Shown: positions 35,840 to 39,013 of the stretch, one piece after another | Layout: the number at the start of each line of letters is the position of its first letter | How positions within the stretch are numbered: the stretch's first letter is position 1 | Source of the DNA: Candidatus Acidiferrum sp. | Lineage (GTDB): Bacteria; Acidobacteriota; Terriglobia; Acidiferrales; UBA7541 | DNA length: 39,013 nt | Reading direction: 5' to 3' | Assembly (NCBI GenBank): GCA_041495565.1 | Contig: JBGQCW010000001.1 | Span: forward strand, 1-39,013 | Notes under the pieces: model-generated | The model's database searches: none | The model's input: only the letters and a program-made list of their open reading frames with translations | What the model was told of the DNA's origin: nothing | Made by a program: the position numbers and the translations under genes

Positions 35840-36178
35840 CTACCCCGATATTCTCTGCTGTTCCTTTTCCGCCCCATCCAGCCAGCGTGCCAGCACCGTC
35901 TGAGACTCCGGTGCGACTTCAAGAAAGCCGACTCCTGCTCCCATATTCGGCTGCGAATAAACGATCTTCGCTTTGGCTTCGAAGAACGCGTCTCCCGCGG
36001 AAATCTTTACGAGAACCATGGTTCCCGTTGGAAAAGGATTCATCATGTCCAGATAACAGCCGTGCGAGCTCAGTTCGCTCACCCGCGACGCGATCCGCAC
36101 GTCCGCCCTCTCTTCGATCAGCTCGGCGCTTGCGATGAACGAATACCTCGGCGAGCGACGTTTCTCTTGGTATGCGAT
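35840..36178 (-). CDS. Stand-alone PilZ domain protein (ATC at the expected start)
   Basis: EKRRSPR (RxxxR), ELSSHG (D/ExSxxG), G.G..F; GGAGG 5 nt before ATC. Confidence 0.8.
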   Translation of the reverse strand: MAYQEKRRSPRYSFIASAELIEERADVRIASRVSELSSHGCYLDMMNPFPTGTMVLVKISAGDAFFEAKAKIVYSQPNMGAGVGFLEVAPESQTVLARWLDGAEKEQQRISG

Positions 36179-36415
36179 GGCGGCCTCCGGAAGGATTCCC
36201 CTTAGCTTAATGGTACGACGTTTTGCCTCATTTTCAGTCCATCCCCCCGTAACCACTAGGAAACCTCGCAACACCGCTGAGCCCTTAGCTACACAGGCAA
36301 CCCCTTCGCGCTTCTTCGATTCAGAGTGGGATCATCCCAGCCACGTCCGATTGACTCCTGCCTGATTTCTCTAATGCGAACAGCGGCCCTCACAGGCCCA
36401 GTGCCTGCATTCCTC

Positions 36416-37429
36416 TTACGTGCTGGGCGGCGCGGGGGCTCTGTGTCTGTGTCCGTGCGGAGCATTCGCTGGCGCGGGACACTGTCCCGGCTCTGTGGGT
36501 CCGCCGGGTTGTGAGGGCGTGCCCTTCAACCTCTCGCATCTACTGCGAAAATCTTTCCCGGTCTCTTCCGTGATACTGCCCGCCCGTGCAACCCACTGGT
36601 CATAAGGGAGCCAAACGCTATCGTTGGCGATATCACATTGATTCGCGTCCGTCTCCGTGCAGACATCGAACGCATACACGGGATGAACCTCCCAGAGCGA
36701 GATCCGCGCCGGTTTTTCTTTCTTGAACGTGCCATCCGCGTTCTTCACGCAGGGATGGTGGCTGTTATCGTAGAAAAGCTGTCCGGTAATTCGTACCGGA
36801 TTATTCACCGGCGTCTTCATATCGATTTGCGCCCACGCCGCGGGCCGGAAGTGCGGGATCATCTCCGCCGTCACGCTGTTGCACTCGTCTAGCGTGCGGG
36901 AGTTGGCCACCGTCGGGTCGGCGAGCGGGATGTGGATATCGTTCACATCCGGCCCGGTCTTGTTGCAGTTCACCTGTTCACCGCCATCACAATCGGAGAT
37001 GTGCGCCTCCCTGACAAAGGCCTTCAGCTGCACCACGCTGCCTTCACCAATCTTTTGGCTTCCCACGGCAAAAAACTGCCGCAGCGTGTGGCGGTCGCTT
37101 GGGATATTGTTGCTCGTCTGCGCTTGCATATCGGCCAGGATGGCAAAATCCACCGCCGTCTTCTTCGTCGCGTCTCCACAGAGATTGTTTTTCGCTTTGC
37201 TCTCGGCAGCGTGGGCAGCTTTGGCGGCGGCCGTCGAGTGCGGGTTAGCGGAAACCACTCCGCAATTCCCGCAGACCGCGAACGGATCGGGGGTCGTGGC
37301 GATCTTCGCATAAGGCACCGTGCAGCCAGGGTCAAAGGTCGGGCCCTGCCCGTGCGCCGTGGCAGCGCCGACTAGCACCAGTGCAGTGGCACACGTCACC
37401 AACACGGGATGATTGCAATCGGTTTTCAT
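36416..37429 (-). CDS. Secreted Cys-rich hypothetical protein
   Basis: GGAGG SD, signal peptide ending ATAHG, about 12 Cys, DIHI / GQLFYD.SH / WEVHPV motifs. Confidence 0.75.
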   Translation of the reverse strand: MKTDCNHPVLVTCATALVLVGAATAHGQGPTFDPGCTVPYAKIATTPDPFAVCGNCGVVSANPHSTAAAKAAHAAESKAKNNLCGDATKKTAVDFAILADMQAQTSNNIPSDRHTLRQFFAVGSQKIGEGSVVQLKAFVREAHISDCDGGEQVNCNKTGPDVNDIHIPLADPTVANSRTLDECNSVTAEMIPHFRPAAWAQIDMKTPVNNPVRITGQLFYDNSHHPCVKNADGTFKKEKPARISLWEVHPVYAFDVCTETDANQCDIANDSVWLPYDQWVARAGSITEETGKDFRSRCERLKGTPSQPGGPTEPGQCPAPANAPHGHRHRAPAPPST

Positions 37430-37606
37430 GGAATCCTCCAGCGGGAGAGGTAGCACTCGTATAGCGCAGGTTTAGTAGACTGTCAACTATTTCTCCAGCT
37501 AACGAAGGCAGACAGAATCTTGCGGAACGAGTCCCTCCCGTTCAGCCTGCTTCGCACCCTATGTTTTTCCCACGGGAAACCCGCGTTTCGCATTCCCGCG
37601 CTTCCT

Positions 37607-38485
37607 TCAATGCGCGGCAGTCGCGCCGCTGCCCAGGAAGGCGTTCACCGCGGAGAGAAATTCCTCCGTTTTCTCCATCGCCGGGATGTGCCCGCACTTG
37701 TCGAAGCTCACCAGTTTCGCTCCGGAAATTCCCGCCGCGTAGCGTTCCCCCGCCGCGATAGGCAGCAAGCTGTCTTGCTTTCCCCACAACACCAGCGTCG
37801 GCACCTTGATATTCGCCAGTTGGTTGTCCATTCTTTCTGCGCCTATCGCAGGATTGCCCAGCAGGCTGCGAACCGTGTAACTGTCGTGCGTAGCGAGTTT
37901 ATCCGCAAAAACTTTTCGCAGCGCGTCTTCGCTCAGCCAGCTCGTGTCGTAGAAAACCGCCTGCATCAGCGCTCGCATCCCGGCCAGCGAACTCGGATTC
38001 AGATCCGGTATCGGCTTGTCCTGTTTGAGTCCCGCCGCATCCACGAGCACGAGTTTTTCCACGGGAATCAGGTGCGCCCCGCCGGTAATTTCCGCCGCAT
38101 AGAGTCCGCAAATCCATCCGCCAAGCGATTCGCCAACCAGGCTCGCTTTCTCCACCTTCAGTTGGCGCAATAACTCATTCAGGAAATCCACATACGTCTG
38201 GATGCTGTAATCGAGCAGCGGCTTATCCGACCGCCCGAAACCAATCTGGTCGGGCACCACCAGCCGGTATTTCTGCGAGAGCGGCGCAATGACCGGCAGC
38301 CAGTCCTCCTTCTTGCTTCCCAGCCCGTGCACCAGCACCACCACGGGCCCCGCGCCTACATCCCAATAGTGAATCGTTTGCCCAAACACCGCGATCGTCT
38401 TGTCCGAGGGCTGCCCCTGCCCAAACGCCGGGACGACAAACACCGCTAACAGTAGGATGAGCCCGAATTTCATCTTTCCGCGCAT
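37607..38485 (-). CDS. Secreted alpha/beta hydrolase
   Basis: Signal peptide, LVHG, PD.IGFG.S, GESLGG nucleophile elbow, WG..D, GH. Confidence 0.92.
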   Translation of the reverse strand: MRGKMKFGLILLLAVFVVPAFGQGQPSDKTIAVFGQTIHYWDVGAGPVVVLVHGLGSKKEDWLPVIAPLSQKYRLVVPDQIGFGRSDKPLLDYSIQTYVDFLNELLRQLKVEKASLVGESLGGWICGLYAAEITGGAHLIPVEKLVLVDAAGLKQDKPIPDLNPSSLAGMRALMQAVFYDTSWLSEDALRKVFADKLATHDSYTVRSLLGNPAIGAERMDNQLANIKVPTLVLWGKQDSLLPIAAGERYAAGISGAKLVSFDKCGHIPAMEKTEEFLSAVNAFLGSGATAAH

Positions 38486-38632
38486 GATCCCTCCTGTCCT
38501 TGCGGGCCTTCTTTAGCACAGGCCCGCCCCGAATACTACTCGCGCCGGGAAGCACGGACGGCGCAAACATAAACTTTCGAGTGTTTCACGGTGAGAGCGC
38601 CCATTCTTTCACGAGCGCGAGGCAAGAAATCT

Positions 38633-39013
38633 CTAGCCTTGCAGCTTCGGGTGGCGCAAGTGGAAGCCGGTCGCTTCCTGATAGGCCCGAGCAAACGAGA
38701 GCAGCTTGGCTTCCCCGTAAAGTTGGCCAAGGAAAGTGAGGCTGACCGGAGTCCCCGCCCCTCCGTAGTCGCTAACCACCTCGCCTTGCGGCGTCGTTGT
38801 TGGAGGTGGTGCGTCTGCCTCGCGAAAACCGTTTGGCAGGATCAGCGCCGGATGGCCACTAAGATTTGTCGCCACCAGTTGCGTGCTGTAGGTCGGGGTG
38901 ATCACCACGTCGACACCCTCAAATGCTTTGGCAATGCCTTGGATCGCGAGCATCCGTGCCCGATTGGCCTGGACATACTCCACCGCCGGAACGAAGCGAG
39001 CTGCGCGGTAGAA
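38633..39013 (-). CDS. Amidase family protein, C-terminal part (runs off the window)
   Basis: VEY.QA.R.R, DV.ITP, TNL.GHP....P.GF, P.S..F.G..Y.E..LL....AYQ.AT..H...P. Confidence 0.85.
   Translation of the reverse strand, partial: FYRAARFVPAVEYVQANRARMLAIQGIAKAFEGVDVVITPTYSTQLVATNLSGHPALILPNGFREADAPPPTTTPQGEVVSDYGGAGTPVSLTFLGQLYGEAKLLSFARAYQEATGFHLRHPKLQG

Noticed and set aside
1-39013. CRISPR arrays, tRNA/rRNA, transposases or integrases
   Set aside because: No regularly spaced repeats, RNA-gene signatures or recombinase motifs were seen by eye

Overview
GC-rich bacterial DNA. The gene order and protein style suggest Acidobacteriota, but that is an inference. About 34.7 kb is a flagellar gene cluster. 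The + strand carries fliL-fliN-like-fliOPQR-flhBA-fliA-fliM-fliY/N, then a Zn-finger/MshEN protein, an HDOD protein, a frameshifted cheY and a decayed cheX remnant, then flgFGAHIJ-flgM-(unannotated 58-aa ORF)-flgNKL. A convergent - strand block carries a tandem methyltransferase, a 1272-aa TPR-MTase-GT4-GT2 fusion, a GT2-TPR, fliC, flaG (frameshifted), fliD, fliS, a fliT-like gene and a GT4. A divergent flbD-motA-motB unit follows. Clear sigma28-type promoters lie upstream of flgM (tandem pair), fliC and flbD. The right end holds a GMC oxidoreductase pseudogene, a PilZ gene with an ATC at the expected start, a Cys-rich secreted protein, an alpha/beta hydrolase and a partial amidase. The most interesting signals are: (1) a candidate flagellin glycosylation/glycan-methylation 'assembly line'; (2) an ATPase-less MshEN c-di-GMP receptor candidate inside the switch operon; (3) selective decay of the chemotaxis-output genes while the structural genes stay intact; (4) a small unannotated ORF that shares a C-terminal motif with FlgM and FlaG. 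No RNA genes, CRISPR arrays or transposases were seen.
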